64,000 nt of DNA from assembly GCA_964016885.1 (NCBI GenBank), contig OZ024742.1:235042001-235106000 (forward strand). The letters are read 5' to 3'. Source of the DNA: Eledone cirrhosa (taxonomy: Eukaryota). Below the pieces are notes generated by a model. The model was not told the DNA's origin. It was given only the letters and a program-made list of their open reading frames with translations, and did no database searches. This document shows, in pieces, positions 12,241 through 25,430 of this stretch (position 1 is the first letter of the stretch; every line of letters starts with the position of its first letter). The position numbers and the translations under genes are program-made.

Positions 12241-14229
12241 GCGATATTTGGTGTTGCTAGGGGTGGGGCCTTGTGGTGCAGGTATCAGTGTTAAAGAGTT
12301 ATTGGTGCAAATTTCTCGTAGAGGTGGACAGGTGTTTATGTTATAGTGTGGTATAACACATAGAGGTGTTGAGGTGATGAAGTTAGATTTACAAGATGGT
12401 GCTCTCCTTCTTCATTGGACTATGCTATGGTGGTGAGTGAGAGTGGGAGGTACGTCGCTTGTGGAACATATTTGAAATAGCATATAAACAATAAAACAAA
12501 AATATAAACTTGGAGGTAAATAACACAAAATAACATTTTTTTTTTTTTTTTCATTAAAATAAATATGTATACTCGATAAGCCAAGAAATATATCACAAAA
12601 GAATCGATGGGAAAATGGGGGCAGGGGGTGTCAAATTTTGACAAGTTTCACCAACTTCAAATTCTACGTAAATAAGGTACTGAAATATTTGGAGTGATTA
12701 TTTCATAATGAAATGCTGTTTTTCTACATTTGCTATATCGTCAGGAGTTTTATTTATACATTGCATTGAGGACATTCCCACAAAGTTCTATTATTAGATG
12801 GCCCTTGCCATTCTGAGTTCAAATCCCACCGATGTTAACTTTGCCTTTCATCCTTACGGGGTCGATAAAATAAAGTACCAGTAATACATTGAGTAATAGC
12901 TGGCCTTGTGCCAAAAGTAGAAACAATTATTAGATGTGCGCAGATTGTTTTTCTCTGTGATTTACATATTTATACCTTTTCTTTCAGTCTTGTTTTGTTT
13001 TATTTCACATGCTCTCTCTCCCTTCTCTCGCTCTCATCCCTCTTTTTCTCATTCTGCCTCTCCTCTCTCTCTTGCTTGCTGTCTCTTCCTCAGACATATA
13101 ATACAGAGATTGGCTTATATTTGAGTATATATGGTAAATATGAACAAGCAAGAAAACTTTAGTTAATCAACACTTTAGTTGTCATTGAAGAAAGGAAAAC
13201 AATAATATGAATGTTTAAATCTACTCAAGACACACAGTGGTGCATATATTTACTTTCTCTCTTTCTATCTCTCTGTCCTTTCTTTCTCACTCTATCTATA
13301 CTCTCTTTCTTGCTCTCTCTCTCTCCTCTTCCCTCTCTTTGCATTCCCCTTCTCTCTCTACATCATCATCATCATCTCTCTCTCTCTCTCTCTCTCGTCA
13401 TCTTTTTTGCCTTTTTTTTTTTATAGCAGAGCTATGATCAATGATGTTCCAGATGTGAATATCCTGTTTACTTTTTCTTTTCAGCCTTAGTGTATTCAGG
13501 ACTGCATTATCCAATATGTCTTTCTTTTGTTTTAAGTGGTACAGTGTAATTTGATGGAAATTTGGCTGATATTTTTATTAAGTCAGTTGACTGCATAGAA
13601 TAGTAGTGGGAAACCTTTTGGTAGTAAGGACAAATTGCAAGTGCATACAAGCCTGTAAGGTACACATGTACTGAGGAAAATAATAACTCTTGGACCTTTT
13701 TTGCCATATTTCTAATTAAATATACTGTCTATGTTTCATTATATTTTCGGTGAATTGGCAGTATTAGTAGAGGGTCAGACATGCTTTCCAGCGTAGTTAC
13801 GCCCCTTTACGATCTGAGTTCAAATCCCGCTGAGGTTAACTTTGCCTTTCATCCTTACGGGGTCGATAAAATAAAGTACCAGTAATGTACTGGGTAATTG
13901 CTGGCCTTGTGCCAAAAGTAGAAACAATTATATTTTAAAGATAATGACGCATTTGGAAGAATTTAGTTAAATAATTTTCTCGTTATTAAGCTGATGTTTA
14001 GAATATATAACTGAAAGGTTGTTAATGGAAAGTAGTAATTAAATATGAACACTATAAACATTATAAAACTAAACTCTATTTCATGCAGTTTGGTATCAAA
14101 AGGGTTAATTTTACAAATTCACGGGTATGCAACTTATATGAAATTACCGTTTTTGTGTTAAGGCTTAAATCGTTTTTTTTTTATAGAGTTTTAGAGATTT
14201 TGAATCTCCCTCTCTCTAATATTTACATT

Positions 14230-15280
14230 GCAGCAGGTCTTTGAGAAATCGTAGGAGTATTGCTAAGAGGTGTATGCTTGTTTCATAAACCTCAAAAAGG
14301 CATAAAACTGCATTCCATGGGACCTGTTATGCAAGATTTTGTAGGAGTATGGGATCAATAGTTAGCTTGTTGTCATGATATCTCTATACAAATGCTCTAG
14401 TATTTGTGTTCGAATAAATACTGCTAAGAAACCATTCAATGTGGGTGTTGAATTCTGCCAAGAATGCGTACTGTCATCTCTCCTGTTCATAATCTTCACC
14501 AACAGGATTGATATGTGCAGCTGGGTTGGAAGTGGTATTAAGACTGGTGGGTGTAGGATCAGTCAGCTGAAATTTTCAGGCAACATGGGATTACTTAACT
14601 CGTCAGGTGATCTTCAACATGTATTTGATAGGTCTGCTGCTGAGTGCTGCACAACAGGAATGAAAATCAGTGTTGCAAAGACTGAGACACTCGTCCTCTC
14701 AAGGAAGCCTGCGCAATGCACTCTGCATGTTTGGTGTTTTACTGAAGAAGGTGGAGAAGGTGCATTAATGTGCCAGCTTCAGCATTCACTTATCAGAAGG
14801 TAGGTGTAAAAGCCAAATTCGCTATCTTCAATTTGGTATTCATGCCTATGGTCATGAATCTTGGGTAATTGAAAAAATATGATCGCGAATAAAAGTGGTT
14901 GAAAAGGGGTTCCTCTGAAGGGTCTTTGGAGTAATGTTGCTTGATAGTCCATAACTCAGAAATCAGAGAGTTTCTCCTGGTAGAGCCACCACTTCTTCAA
15001 ATTGAGGGATCACAGCTGCAATAATATGGACAAGTGATTAGAATGCCCCAGAAAAGAATCATTGGATAGATTTTATGAGCACAGCCAACTAGTAGGAGAC
15101 CCAAGCGTAGACCCTGAGCAAGATGGTTGGATAACATCCATGAGATTGGCTGCTCTCACTTGGGAATCCAGCAAAACCATTTGGAGATGGTTGCATCTGA
15201 TAGGACTTGCTGAAAGGCATGCTTAAGGACTCTGCCACCACAACCTTCCCAGGAATAAGTGGAAGAAGAAGAAGAAGAAA
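14230..15280 (+). mobile_element. Degenerate RTE-like LINE fragment (another family)
   Basis: Decayed RT motifs (Q.CVLS.LLF.IF, GMKISVAKTE, R.KRRP), many stop codons and a (GAA)n tail. Confidence 0.75.
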
Positions 15281-15799
15281 AGATTTTCAGAGATTCCAGG
15301 TGATTTCAAATTTGAATGCAGGTTCTTGACTCCTGACATGGAGGCTCTCACATTAGCTCTTCTGATCTCTAGTTGACATTATTAGTGTAAGAGAAGGGGT
15401 TATAGAGAAAGTTTAGTAGTTATATATTATCATATACATCATCATTTCTGTATGTCCTTTTTTCTGTACTGGCATATATTGGACAGGATGTTTTACAGAC
15501 AATGTTTTACAGCTGGTTGTTCTTCCTGACACCAACACTTCTAATCACCTCTTATGACACACATGAATATATAGTAAGAAAATGATGGTAAAAGTTCAAT
15601 TGCAGCAAAGAAAGAACAAGGAACATAGAAAAGAAGTGGTGAGCTCAGATCTGAGGCTGTTGAACTTAGCATATGATGTGGCACAAGATCAAAGGGAGTG
15701 ATGCTTTGCTGTACTTTAACTTCATCCAACTTTATGCTCAGTTCTTCCTCCTTTGAATGTCAGCTCCCTAGAAGTCCCCCACAAACACATACACATGCT

Positions 15800-15955
15800 C
15801 TCATTGCAACCATCAATTTGCAACTGTTAACTTGCAATCACCATCTTGCAACCCTCAACATGCAACTGTCAACATGCAACAATCAATTTTCGATTGGCAA
15901 CTTGCAACCACCAACTTGCAACCTCCAACTTGCAGCTATCTACTTGCAACTGTTC
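15800..15955. repeat. Degenerate (CAACTTG)-like heptamer minisatellite
   Basis: Repeated tgcaac and caacttg units. Confidence 0.65.
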
Positions 15956-16129
15956 AAAAGCAAAATTAACAATATAAACCACACCATTCTCAGAGGATTT
16001 GCAAAAACTGTGTGTACAACCCCTTCTTCAAGATAAAACCAATAAAAACATTTTTTTCTAAGATGTAAAAAATAAAAATTAAAACAATGATGATAATTGT
16101 GATCTTATTTACATTTTCTTCATTTCTAG

Positions 16130-16241
16130 ACACTAACATCTTACAAGAAAGTTGAAGCACAACTGAATATGAGTGAGGAATTTACAAATAGCTCCACTTA
16201 TCAGAGAAAGATTGGCTCTGCAGATGGAAGCAACATTCTTG
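16130..16241 (+). CDS. SLC1-family (EAAT-like) transporter, internal exon A (TM4b-4c loop to GxNxLG)
   Basis: tttctag acceptor and gtgagt donor. Encodes TLTSYKKVEAQLNMSEEFTNSSTYQRKIGSADGSNIL(G), matching the EAAT GMNVLG motif, with two N-glycosylation sequons (NMS, NSS). Phase-1 end joins exon B in frame. Confidence 0.85.
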
Positions 16242-16584
16242 GTGAGTCATAACAAATATGTTCAATACATAGTAAACACAAATGCATATGTCATAGGCCT
16301 TTAGCAAACTCACTGAGTTATTCTGATCCATAGCATATGTGATAAGCTTCTGGCAAACAAAGTGTAGTATTCTGATTCAATGTCTGGTCATCACTATTTC
16401 TCTTATACACTGCTACTGTCTTTGGAAGACATATGACCCCTCTTGATACCAACTTGCCCCAAACCACCCCAATTCTATGATGACAACCCTCGTATTGTGA
16501 AGTTTTTATATTTAAATTTAAAAAAATAATGTATGGAAGAATATTTTTGTTAAGCTATGTATTAAATACCAGCTTAGTAATCAC

Positions 16585-17725
16585 CATCATCATCATTGTT
16601 TAACGTCCATTTTCCATGCTAGCATGTGTAGGACATGCTGCCCCATTGTGAGACATCCAGGTTAAAGGAACGTGTTTTGCTCCCACAGAACTGATTTTTG
16701 CTTGGTTTCTATGGCTGGATGCCCTTCCTAACACCAACCACATTTACAATGTGTATTGGATGCTTCTTGTTGTGACACCCATACAACCACTTTACACTGT
16801 GGACTGGGCACTTTTTATCATGACTCCTACACAACCACTTTACAGTGTGGACTGGGCACTTTTTGTTGTGTCGCCAACACGACCACTTCACAGTGTGGGC
16901 TGGGTGCTTTATGTCGTGACAACTGCATGACCACTTTACTGGACTGGGCACATTTTGTCATGGCTCCAGAATGACCACTTTATGGGATAGATTGGGGACT
17001 TGGATGGGGTGATACATGGGGAATTGGGGAGGTAGTTATAAGGGTGTGGTGATTACAGTAAGGGAGGTGTAATGGGGGGAAGGTGTATTACTACATAGCA
17101 CCAGAGAACACGGTCCTGTGTCATCACCTTTGAGAGGTGTAATTGGGCAAGGTCAGATTTTATCACTTCACTATTTCTAGGCCTGCCCTATTCAATTGCA
17201 TACTCTACACCTTTTTATACAGCTGTCATCTTTCATACGCATCACATGTCCATACCAACGCAATCTCCTCTCCTGCACACTGCATCTGATTCCTCTTACG
17301 CCCAATTTCTCTCACAGTTCATTTATGCTTTGCAGTTTGCGTATATTACTACTGCTCATTCATCAAAGCAATTTTTGCAAATCTTCTGCACACAGTGTCC
17401 AGGACTCACTACTTTGCAACATTGCTGTTTGTATGCATTGCATTTGGAGCAGAGAATGGAATTTCTACCTACTCCTTTCCTACATACTGAGCAAGGCCAT
17501 TTCCTTGAAAGGATCTGGGCTATGTTTTCTCTTCTACTTACTAGGACCTTAGTCTTTTTCAGTTTGACTTTAAGACTCCTTCTTTTTTGGCCCTACTTCC
17601 ATCATTGGAATTTCTTCTCTAGTTCCACGATGGATTCAGGTATGAGTGTAAGATCATCTGTGTACAGGAGTTTCCATGAGCAGCTGGTTTTAAACTCCTG
17701 TTATAGCCTGCAGTGCAATAATAAG
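16585..17725 (-). mobile_element. Degenerate, internally deleted RTE LINE with an expanded ~44-bp 3' UTR repeat
   Basis: Similar to 3233-5069. About 6 units of accactttacagtgtggactgggcac... occur at 16735-16985. Confidence 0.8.
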
Positions 17726-18107
17726 CAGGATATATATATATTTTTACATTTTGGGAGGGTCATTCTGCCAATAAAAACACACGCACTGTTGGTTTTCACT
17801 TCAATTTATTATAAATTTCTGGTTGGTTGGTTGGTTGGTTCGATAACCGTATGGTTGTTTATATATTGTCAAAGCTCTTCCATCACACATTCTGTGTCTT
17901 TTTTGTTCTGTCCTACACCACCTTGTTTTTGTGTGTTGTATGCCGTCTGCTTGGTTTGTGCATGTGTTACATCAAGGTGTGTGTGTTTTTATTTATTTAT
18001 TTATGTGTTTATTTACTTGTCACTAATTGGTTATTTGTTCTATCTGTGTGTGTCTGGTTTGTTTTATTAGTTTGGTTTTTGTGTGTGTTTGTATGTCTTC
18101 ATTTTGT

Positions 18108-18612
18108 CCTTAATTACTAGTTGTGATGTTGCTATTCCACTCATGTTTTCTGTTTAATTTTGGTTGGAGTTCATTTATGTTTGTAGCCTCTGTGATTTGT
18201 CTGAACATTGCATCTTTTCTGTGTGTGGATATAATTTTTATCTCTATGTTCTCTAATGTGCCCCTATGTTCTGTTTTGGCATGTTGGTGGAGTACTGATG
18301 AGTTTTTCCCATCTTGGAGTTCTCGCCAGTGTTCACTTATTCTTTTTCCTATGCTATGGGCTGTTTCACCTATGTATGTTGTCTTATTCCTACATTCTCC
18401 CTCAGTACATCTTATGCTATATACTACATTTCAGGTTTTGCAGTTAGTTTGCGGGTTTAGCTTGCAGACTATGCATTTCCTATCAGTGCAGGGGGTTCTT
18501 TGAAATGGATATATTTTACTAATTAAGGTTTTTATGGGAATACCTGGTCTTTCAACTATCTTAATATTTAATTAGAGCTTAACCAGAGCTCTTCTAAACC
18601 TGTAAGATAGTT
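18108..18612 (-). mobile_element. Penelope-like element fragment: Cys-rich linker and GIY-YIG endonuclease (pseudogenised)
   Basis: My minus-strand translation is KIVERPGIPIKTLISKIYPFQRTPCTDRKCIVCKLNPQTNCKT*NVVYSIRCTEGECRNKTTYIGETAHSIGKRISEHW...RQITEATNINELQPKLN. It has one in-frame stop and is absent from the ORF track. Confidence 0.85.
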
Positions 18613-20034
18613 CACCTCTTGGGGTTATATTGATGAAGAAGACCACGAAAATCATGGGCGGAGGTGGTGAGAGCTGACCCCAGATCATTGAAGCTCATGG
18701 AGGAGAAGACGAAGGACCATGATGAATGGAGAGATGCTGTGCTGAATAAGACCCACCCTTTCAAGCAGGGAAAAGCAGACGTAAAATGATGATAAAATGA
18801 TGATGATGATATAAGAATGATATAACAGTGGAGAAAAGCTGAAAAATGTAAAATAACCATTCTTCTGTACATAAGAGGTTATATTTGAATCCAACTCCTT
18901 GTTATTCATTGTAACAGATGGCTGTTTTACAGCTCTTTCTGCATTTGAAACTCTTACAATTTTGTGAAATGAAATATTTGCAAGATATAAGAAAGTAATG
19001 CTCATACATACCTAAAATATTTCTTGGCATATGTTAATCTCTGTATATATGTGGAGTGGGTGCACACATTAAAAAAAAGAAAAGATGATGATATAACGAT
19101 CTAAGGCACACACTGAGATGGCACTAAAAAATATATGCTTCACAGTTGTTTTGTAGACAGTTATGAGTCAAAAGAAGATCAGAACCAATATGGTGATGTT
19201 CAGTAAAGAGAGAGGAGAACTGCATGGGTTAGATCAGTTGTCATATTACTGAGACAGTAACTCAGAATATGGTAAAATAGGTCTGAAAATATGACAGTCT
19301 TTTGTGTCTTACTGTGTAGAGAGATTTATTTTTAAGCTAAGCTAATTTCTGCACTATTTTCAAATACTTATTTCTTACCTGCTGTGAATAGAAACCACTA
19401 GAAATTTTTCCTCTGAATATGTATATCTCTTATTTCTTTGAGAAAAGTATCAATGCCATACAATTTTATTTTCCCTCCCTCATAAATCTAAAACCTTTCG
19501 CTTATGCAAATTATAAATTAAAGATATGAAAGGCCAAAGTTGACTGTGGTAGAAATGCAAATTATTTACCTTACTTCTCAAGGCTGAGTTAAGACTTTTA
19601 GATACCCTAAGCACAGAAAAAATTATAGGGACTCCTTTTTATTGACCATGGTTCAACTACAACATTGCACCATGATCCATAGTAAATCTGGCACAAGAAA
19701 AAAATTATGTAGGCTCCCTCTTTACTTGAGGCCCTAAGCATATGCTTATTTTGCTTAATGATTAATACAGAGTTGTTACTTCTAGAAAGTAGCCTTTGGT
19801 ATTCCTCATTCATCATCTCTATCTAGTTACTCATGAGCATCACACTGGCCAGAAATTAGATTTGGCAGAGTTCTTAACAACACAACTTACCAGCTTGACT
19901 TATCCAACATGAGAAAGAGTGCCTTTCTGCTCCCTTCCACTGACCTGACATCACTTGGTATAGTATATGTGCCATCTATTATGCCGCATTAACCCAACAG
20001 GATCTGGATTCAGAACCTATATACTGTAACGCAG

Positions 20035-20750
20035 TTAACCATTTTTATATCGATCCACCCAAAACTTCTGTTTCTATGAAATAAAACGACTCATTTTAAA
20101 GGGTTCTTACTTAAGTTAAAACCTTCGAACATAATTTTATATACAAACATTTTGTTTTGTAAAAAATACAATCTTAATGAAATTATAATTTTAGTAAATC
20201 CTTCCCAAATTCTTCACTAAATTATTAAGTATTTCAATAGAAATAAGGTAATGAAAAGGTTAATTTATCAATCTACTTTGTAGCCAGTCTGTCTGTAATA
20301 AATTAATATATTGATTTCTTAACTAGATATAGAGTCCAATTTTATATTAAAGGTGTAGAATTTAGATTTGAAGGACTTGAGAACAAATAAAAAATGAGTA
20401 ACTAGTTAGAATCAATTTTGTAGGGATAGAGCTTAAATAGATCAGCACCTTGTTAAATGCTTTAGGAAATGTACTAAATTTATGTTAACTGTTTTTAGGA
20501 CTAAAGTAGAAGTGAGGTCTTATTTATTTATATTAACCCTTTTGATACTAAAATACCTAAAACTGCCACAGTGTTTATGATACACAGATGTTTATTTTAG
20601 TGTTTATATTTATCTAAAAACTTTCCATCATAATTTTACATAATAACTTTTAAGTTATTTTAAAACTGTCCAAATTCTTGATTATTTTCAAAATTATTTG
20701 AAAATCATAGGCAATGTGTTTCTTCAGAAATGTGGTGAAGAACAAGTTAA
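20035..20750. mobile_element. Two related ~220-bp TTAA-flanked MITE-like repeats (piggyBac-like ends)
   Basis: ttaacc(c)ttt...aaaggttaa at about 20035-20262 and 20533-20750. Related inverted copies end at 14108 (tttggtatcaaaagggttaa) and about 39735. Confidence 0.45.
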
Positions 20751-23599
20751 TTTGGGTGGAAATATAGAAATAAAAAGGAATTTTAAAAAATGTGTAACCA
20801 CTAAGGGTCCAACCAGTATATCCTAGTTTATTGACTCAAATTCAACAGTGAGATAAACCATTTCATATTTACATTCTGAAATAGTATCAATTAATCCTAT
20901 TATAGTTGCATGCCCCCTGGGGAATACAACTGTTTTACAATCATTATTGGTGATAAGAAGGGCATCCAGTTATAGAAAACTTGCCAAACATAGAGTTGGT
21001 AAGACTCTTTAGTTGTGCAATAGACATGACAACTTCTCTAGTATTGAATATCTACAAAATAAACACACCCAGAACACTATGTAAAGTGGTTGATGATAGG
21101 AAGAGCATCCAGCAGTAGAAAACTTGCAAAGCAAATATAGGCAGGAAGACTGTACAGTTGTGTCAAAAACATGACAACTTTTCTAGTATTGATGTCATGA
21201 TAAAATGCACTCAGTAGAATGCAGGGTCGTATATTAGGCCCCCAGCCCACCTGGAGGTCAGTAGCCCTGCTTGCGTACTGATTGGTCTGTGATAACATGT
21301 TCAATCTTTGATAGCAGAGGAAAATGAATGTTAAACAATAATGATGATGATGAATCTGCTTCCCTTTTCCTTGGTTTACACATGGAAACTACATAATGTA
21401 GTGTCCACTTATTCAACAAGAGAAACTTTTAGCTGCTTTATAGTTGCCTTTGTTTTTCACCTTTTTTAATCTTAATTATGCTTCTTTTGACTCCTGTTGT
21501 CCTCTTTCTTACTTTTTCTCTCTGTCCCTCTCTTGTCTTTGTTTCTTAACTGTGTGGAGTACTAGATACCTCCTCTAGTCTGCCATGGCTTACTAATTCT
21601 ATATGGACATTTAAATTGACTAAATAAATAACTAGAAATCAGAGGATTAAGTTAGCTTTTAGTTGAGGTACTTTATTACTATTTCAATAACGTCTGACAA
21701 CCCCGGTACTGCAGTTAATACATTAGTTGATAGTCATGCTATTTAAGTGAGATACACATTACTAGTTCTGTATCTGCCTAACAACAGCAATATGGCAATA
21801 GACATATTAACTGCCACAAATATATATATTTAGTTTTAATGTTAATTTGTCCATCCCATGAAGAATTATTATATTTCTCTACATTTTTATTGAATAAGCT
21901 TAACTGGTTTTTCTTTGTTATTTAACTGTTTGTTGCAATCAACAATTAATGAAATTGGCATAGAAAAGTGGCAGTAATTATAATTACAACTGTTGTCATG
22001 GCAACACATTTCTATCTACCTATGCAGTGCAAAATCTATAACTTCAGCTCAATCAATTCACTGATTCACTGTAGGTAGGGCATTATTCATGATCCTTATA
22101 TTCATGAAATTATAATATTAGTAAATCTCTTCACAGATAAACCAACAACCAAAGAATGAATGTTCACAAGAAGTATCAGTATCTTACAAAAAACTTCTAA
22201 ATTCATTTTAGATTTTCTTAAACAACAGTTAAATATTCAATATAAAAACACTTTCTCTACTGTTGCCATTATTGTTGTTCTTGTTTTTATTTCTGTTGCT
22301 AGTAATGGTCGTGGTGGTGGTGGTGGGGTACTAGTGTGTTTGTTATTATTAATACTAATGTTCTTGGTGTTATTTAGTTCAAAGTCAGCCTTCAAATGAT
22401 CTACAATCAGTTATTCCAGTCATTCTTTTCTCAACACAGTGTATCTAAGATTATATTTCTGAAGTGTCTTTCCTTTTTTAATTCTTTCATGGCCATATTT
22501 CTCTATTCAACTAATTAATAAATATTTTGGCGAGATTTACTATTCATTATTAAGAAGTCAATTGTTGGATTGGCAATATTGGTAGAGGGTCGGACGCCAT
22601 GCTTTGCACGATAGAGTTGCGGCCCTTTATAGTCTGAGTTCAAACCCGCAAATTGTTATTGATCTACTATTGTTATTGATCTACCAATTGAAATCAAGTT
22701 GTTTTATTACATTTCACAGGACAAAGTATATAGTATGTATAGACCCATAACTTTTGGTGGAGTTGTAGGGGCGCCATAGTGACAGACTGTATCTTGAGTA
22801 TTGCAAATCTAGTGGAGCCCATTCCTCACCAAGTCTGAACACAACTGACTTCTTACAGAGTGGAAGTGAGAAAAATATCTAGAGGAAAAATCAACCCCAG
22901 TACTGGACTGGTACTTTTATTATCAAGCTTACAAGGCTAAAAGGCAGATTTGACTTTGGTGGGATTTAAACTCTGAGTGCTGAGAGCTGGAATGAATACT
23001 GCAAAAGCATTCTATACAATGCATAGATCAAAACAGATATACTAATAAGCCTTGAAGAGTTTGGGATATAGGAATTGGGTTTTATTTTGTTCATTTATTT
23101 ATTGTGGTATTGTAATGCAATGTAGTGTAGAGCAAGTGTTGATAGTTTTTCTATGATAAGAGGGTACTAGCCTATCCTTCAACCTTCTCTTTCTTTCTGG
23201 ATAAAAGGATATGTGAGACTAGGGTGCTGGAAGTGCTGGGGAGGTCTTGCCAGAAGCGAGGGGCCAGTTTCATCACATCCGAAGTGCAAGCAGTCTCTTA
23301 GCTTCTCTTGGTCTATAAGCTGCATTGTGTGCAGATGTCCTTTTTCATGGCTGGTGTGAATGAGTGTGTGAAACATGAACAGGAGAGAGACCAAGAGAAA
23401 GAGATTGAGGGAAAAAGAGAGAGTAAGAGAAAGTAACAGTCTGTAAGACCTCAAAAGGGTCTGTAGGAAGCAATAGTCTCCATCAAGAACTGCTTTGAAC
23501 TGATTGTTGCTTGATCTATTTATATCTGTCACTTCCTCTGTCCCCTGGTTGTCCACTCTCAGAATTGTTTACGCCCGAAAGGAGATAACCCAGAAAATG

Positions 23600-24130
23600 A
23601 TTGTTAAATGTCAAGGTGTGGACAGATTTCGCTACAGTACTACCCCTGTTGACAAAAAAGCTCTACGAGTGAATGGTCAGCTGTATGATACATATGTGCA
23701 ATGTGCAATGCTGCATGGTAGTGATACATGGGCAGTGACTGCTGAGGATATGCAAAGGAGAGAAATGAAGTAAGCATACTTCAATGGATGTGCAATGTTA
23801 ATGTGCATGAACAACAAAGCATAGATGAACTGAGAGAAAAACTGGGTATAAGAGGAATCAAATGTAGTGTGCAAGAGAGAAGAGTGCACTGGTATGGACA
23901 TATGATGCACACTGATGATGATTGCTGGATGAAGAAGTGCTAAGAAATCTCAGTGGAAGGAAGCCACAGTAGAAAAAAACCTCAGCAGAAGTGATTAGAG
24001 CTGATCTCAAATAGCCGAAGCTCACAGAAGAGATTAAAAAAAGGATCACAATGAGTGGAAGGATGCTGTGCTGAAAAAGATCTGTCCAACCCATGCTAGC
24101 ATAGAAAAGTAGATGTAAAATAATGTTGAT
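23600..24130 (+). mobile_element. Degenerate RTE LINE 3' fragment
   Basis: LYDTYVQCAMLHGSDTW motif with stop codons; ccatgctagcatagaaaagtagatgtaaaa tail. Confidence 0.75.
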
Positions 24131-24477
24131 GATTATGAAATAAATCCTTCCAAATTCTTCCTTAATTAATTCAAATACAGTGAAGGCGCATAGCTGAGTG
24201 GTTAGATAATTGGATTTGCAATTGTGAGTTTGTGATTTTGATTCCCAGGCCAGGTAATGTGTTATGTCCTTGAGCAAGACACTTTATTTCACATTGCTCC
24301 TTCTGCCTGGATTTGTAACCGACAGATAGTATTAGCAATTGTAAAGACCAATGGAAACATTGTTTCCTCGGTTCAATTTGACAAGCTCCACTCCACTCAT
24401 TAAACGAATGAGGTCTGGGACCTTGTCGATCAACTGTCAACAGTATATTTCAATATAAATATGGTAATGAAATGTTA

Positions 24478-24930
24478 ATTTGGATCAAAGTTCAGCATTT
24501 GGCTCATAACCCTCACCACAAGATCACCTCTTTAGATATACAAATATAAGGTGGCTGGCTCATAAATTTAGATCGCAGTTCAGCATTTAACCTGTAGTTT
24601 TAACAAGACTGCCTACTCAGATGTACAAATTTAAGATGTTTCATTCATAAAAATAGATTAAAACTCAACATTTGACCCATATGTCAAACAAGGCCACCTC
24701 ACCAGATACTCAGATATAAATTTAGATCAAATCTTAAAATTTGACCCATAGTTTTAGCAAACCCTCTACTAGATAACGTCCCTAAGTATACAGATATAAG
24801 ATATCCAGCTAATAATTTTGTATCCAAGTTTAGCATTTGACCCATAGTGCTAATGACTCGCATTGCAATACAAATATAAGTTGTCCATCTCATAAATTTG
24901 AATCTAAATTTGGTATTTGATGTATAATTT
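24478..24930. repeat. Degenerate ~70-95-bp tandem repeat (about 6 units)
   Basis: Recurring tttagatcaaagttcagcatttgacccatag...tacaaatataag...ctcataaa. Confidence 0.65.
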
Positions 24931-25286
24931 TCACAAACACTCATCACAAAATAATTCAACACATTATTAACTCTGCGAATTGTGGCTCTTTTAAGCCTTG
25001 GCTATGGTTAGTAGAAGTCACCATATTATAGTCTCTTCACAGAAGATATTGAAATGATAGCTATAGTAATGCACTGGACTAAATTAATAAGGTATTTACT
25101 TTTGTTCCTTGATGTTCTCAGTTTAAATCCCATCAGAGTTGGGTTTGACTTGGCATTTTTTTCATTTCCTTCTACAGTCGATAAAATAAATCCTAGGTAG
25201 GTACTAAGTTAATGTTAATATCAACTATTTCCCTACATTATGAAATTATGTCTTTCCACCAATATATGGTTACTAATGACTGATGA

Positions 25287-25430
25287 CTAATCACGGGCTC
25301 TTGTGATATATGATTACTAATTACTAATGACTAATCACGGGCTCTTGTGATATATGATTACTAATGACTAAGCACGGGTTCTTGTGATATATGATTACTA
25401 ATTACTAATGACTAATCACGGGCTCTTGTG
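25287..25430 (+). repeat. Tandem repeat (37-44-bp units, about 3.4 copies) at a LINE 5' junction
   Basis: Units ctaatcacgggctcttgtg-atatatgattactaa(ttactaa)tga start at 25287, 25331, 25368 and 25412. Confidence 0.9.

Noticed and set aside
1-16129. Upstream SLC1 exons (TM1-TM4, including the short N.FP.N exon)
   Set aside because: I could not identify any by eye. They may lie outside the window or be too short or diverged to see.
25287-25430. CRISPR-like appearance of repeated units (also 16735-16985 and 54459-54584)
   Set aside because: There are no unique spacers, no cas genes, and the context is eukaryotic.
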